NCBI GenBank assembly: GCA_003971905.1
Contig: RSEE01000007.1
Location: forward strand, 372,001 to 436,000
Direction: 5' to 3'
DNA: 64,000 nucleotides
Origin: Moniliella sp. 'wahieum'
Lineage: Eukaryota
Shown here: positions 62,709 to 64,000 of the stretch, one piece after another
Position numbering within the stretch: position 1 is the stretch's first letter
Layout: each line of letters opens with the position of its first letter
The notes under the pieces: model-generated
Seen by the model: the letters and a program-made list of their open reading frames with translations, nothing else
What the model was told of the DNA's origin: nothing
The model's database searches: none
Position numbers and translations under genes: made by a program

Positions 62709-64000
62709 ATGTCGATGCCAAGCGAAGACGCTGACACGCCTGTGCGCCCCCCTCCCTCTCGCACGGCGCCAAACGCGGAGGCCCGGACTCTGGCTCCCAT
62801 CCTGGGCCCGGTCCCGGTCTCGGCTCCGGTTTCGGCTCCGGTTCCCGTTCCGAGTCTACCTCAACCTCTACCTCAGTCTCGGCAACTCCAGCTCGTCCCC
62901 CTGCTTCTGCTTCTGCTTCCGCTTCCGGTGCCGCTCCCGCGTCTCCCACCGCTCTTCCTCCTGGGCCCGTCTCCCCTCAGCCAAAGACACACACCCACTC
63001 ACCCATTCGCCGTCTCCTCCGCGACACACATCCACCCTCTGCTCCTGCTTCTCGCGGTCGTCTGCCTTCTCTGGTTCAAGGATTTGGCTTTGCTGAACAT
63101 TATGGCACCCCTCCCCACCCCCGTGGGCGTAGTATCGAGAGGCTTTCTGGCGGACTCGGTACCTACACATTCTCTTCCACTCCAAACCGCTCTTCGCGTC
63201 CCTCTTCCCTCACTCGTCCTGCTCGTCGTGACGACGTGACGTCCAACCCAAGCCCGCGTACCAGCATTTCTGGAGCCTCCGGTGTGCCTGCCGGATACCT
63301 GGCCCCCTTACCTTCCGTTACGTCCCGGCCGAGCGGCACCGCCCACGATGGTCCATCCGACTCTCTGCCGCGTCTCCCTCCTTGTCCGCCCCCCCCACCC
63401 ATCCTAGGCATTTTTCCGCCGTTCATGTTTCCCTTTCGCCCGTTTACACGGGTAATGATGCTGAAGGTGCCCGCTACGGCCCCGTCCCCTCCTCAATTGG
63501 TCCCCAACGACGCATGACATACGCCCCAGGTTACGCCCCCGCCTACACCCCCCAATCTGCCTCCGCCAGTCGCGACTCACAGATGCATCGCTACACGCGC
63601 TCATCTTTGTCAGGCCCAACCCCAGATCGATGGCATACTTCCCGCATTCTTCTGCGTATCATGACCACCCCGTGGACTTTCCCTACCCTTCTCATCCGCG
63701 CCGCTTTCGGGATCACGACCCAACCCTTCGCGCCTCCCCTGCTGGCCTACCCTTGCCTGGTGGTGACGTTCCCCCCGGGCCTCTGATGCGATGGCAGGAT
63801 TCCGAGCCGCATATCTCACCGTTTCCGCAACAACATCATGCGGAGTCCTTGTCGTACCTGCCTTCTCCTCACCCTGGCTCTCTTATGCACGACCCTCCCG
63901 ACTCATCCAGGATTTACGCTTCGCCACATGAGCGCCTCGGATGGGCTAGCAGTTACCCAAATTTACCCTCGGGGCCATTCCCTCCCCAGCTGGCCCACCC
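62709..64000 (+). CDS. N-terminal part of an unidentified Pro/Ser-rich protein, truncated at the window edge
   Basis: Continuous low-complexity, coding-like sequence in shifting frames from ATG 62709 (MSMPSEDADTP), preceded by a promoter-like region. No domain recognised. Confidence 0.5.

Noticed and set aside
1..64000. Mass pseudogenisation or programmed frameshifting of the genes in the window
   Set aside because: Frameshifts hit nearly all genes, including core ones (XRN1, RRP6, COX6), while motifs stay intact. The element's repeat copies also differ mainly by homopolymer length. This is the signature of long-read consensus indel errors.

Overview
This is a eukaryotic window from a fungus. 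It is a basidiomycete and looks most like Ustilaginomycotina (inferred from gene content, short GT-AG introns with CTRAC branch points, and high GC). Almost every conserved gene is broken by single-base indels, often in homopolymers, so the sequence looks like an unpolished long-read assembly rather than a field of pseudogenes. CDS limits are therefore approximate. Genes in order: Ulp2-like SUMO protease (-, runs off the left edge), Pof1-like NMN adenylyltransferase, Mlp1/Tpr nuclear-basket coiled-coil protein, Efm7/Nnt1 methyltransferase, ATP15, Wee1/Swe1 kinase, Crz1-like C2H2 factor, G1-type cyclin, RTA1-family membrane protein, BRD8-like bromodomain protein, Gcn4/Cpc1-like bZIP, RRP6, PTR2-family peptide transporter, an intron-containing tRNA-Pro(CGG), XRN1, METTL14/Kar4, COX6, and a truncated Pro/Ser-rich gene. 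The clearest accessory element is a non-coding miniature LTR retrotransposon (TRIM-like) at 29854-32400. It has a three-LTR tandem arrangement, a perfect GTAAC target-site duplication, AP-1/CRE-type motifs in the LTR and no canonical primer-binding site. Other points worth checking: a bromodomain lacking the acetyl-lysine-anchoring Asn, a uORF plus a long in-frame open leader on the Cpc1-like gene, a tRNA intron resembling a second D-arm/A-box, and recurring micro-duplicated palindrome patches in non-coding DNA.
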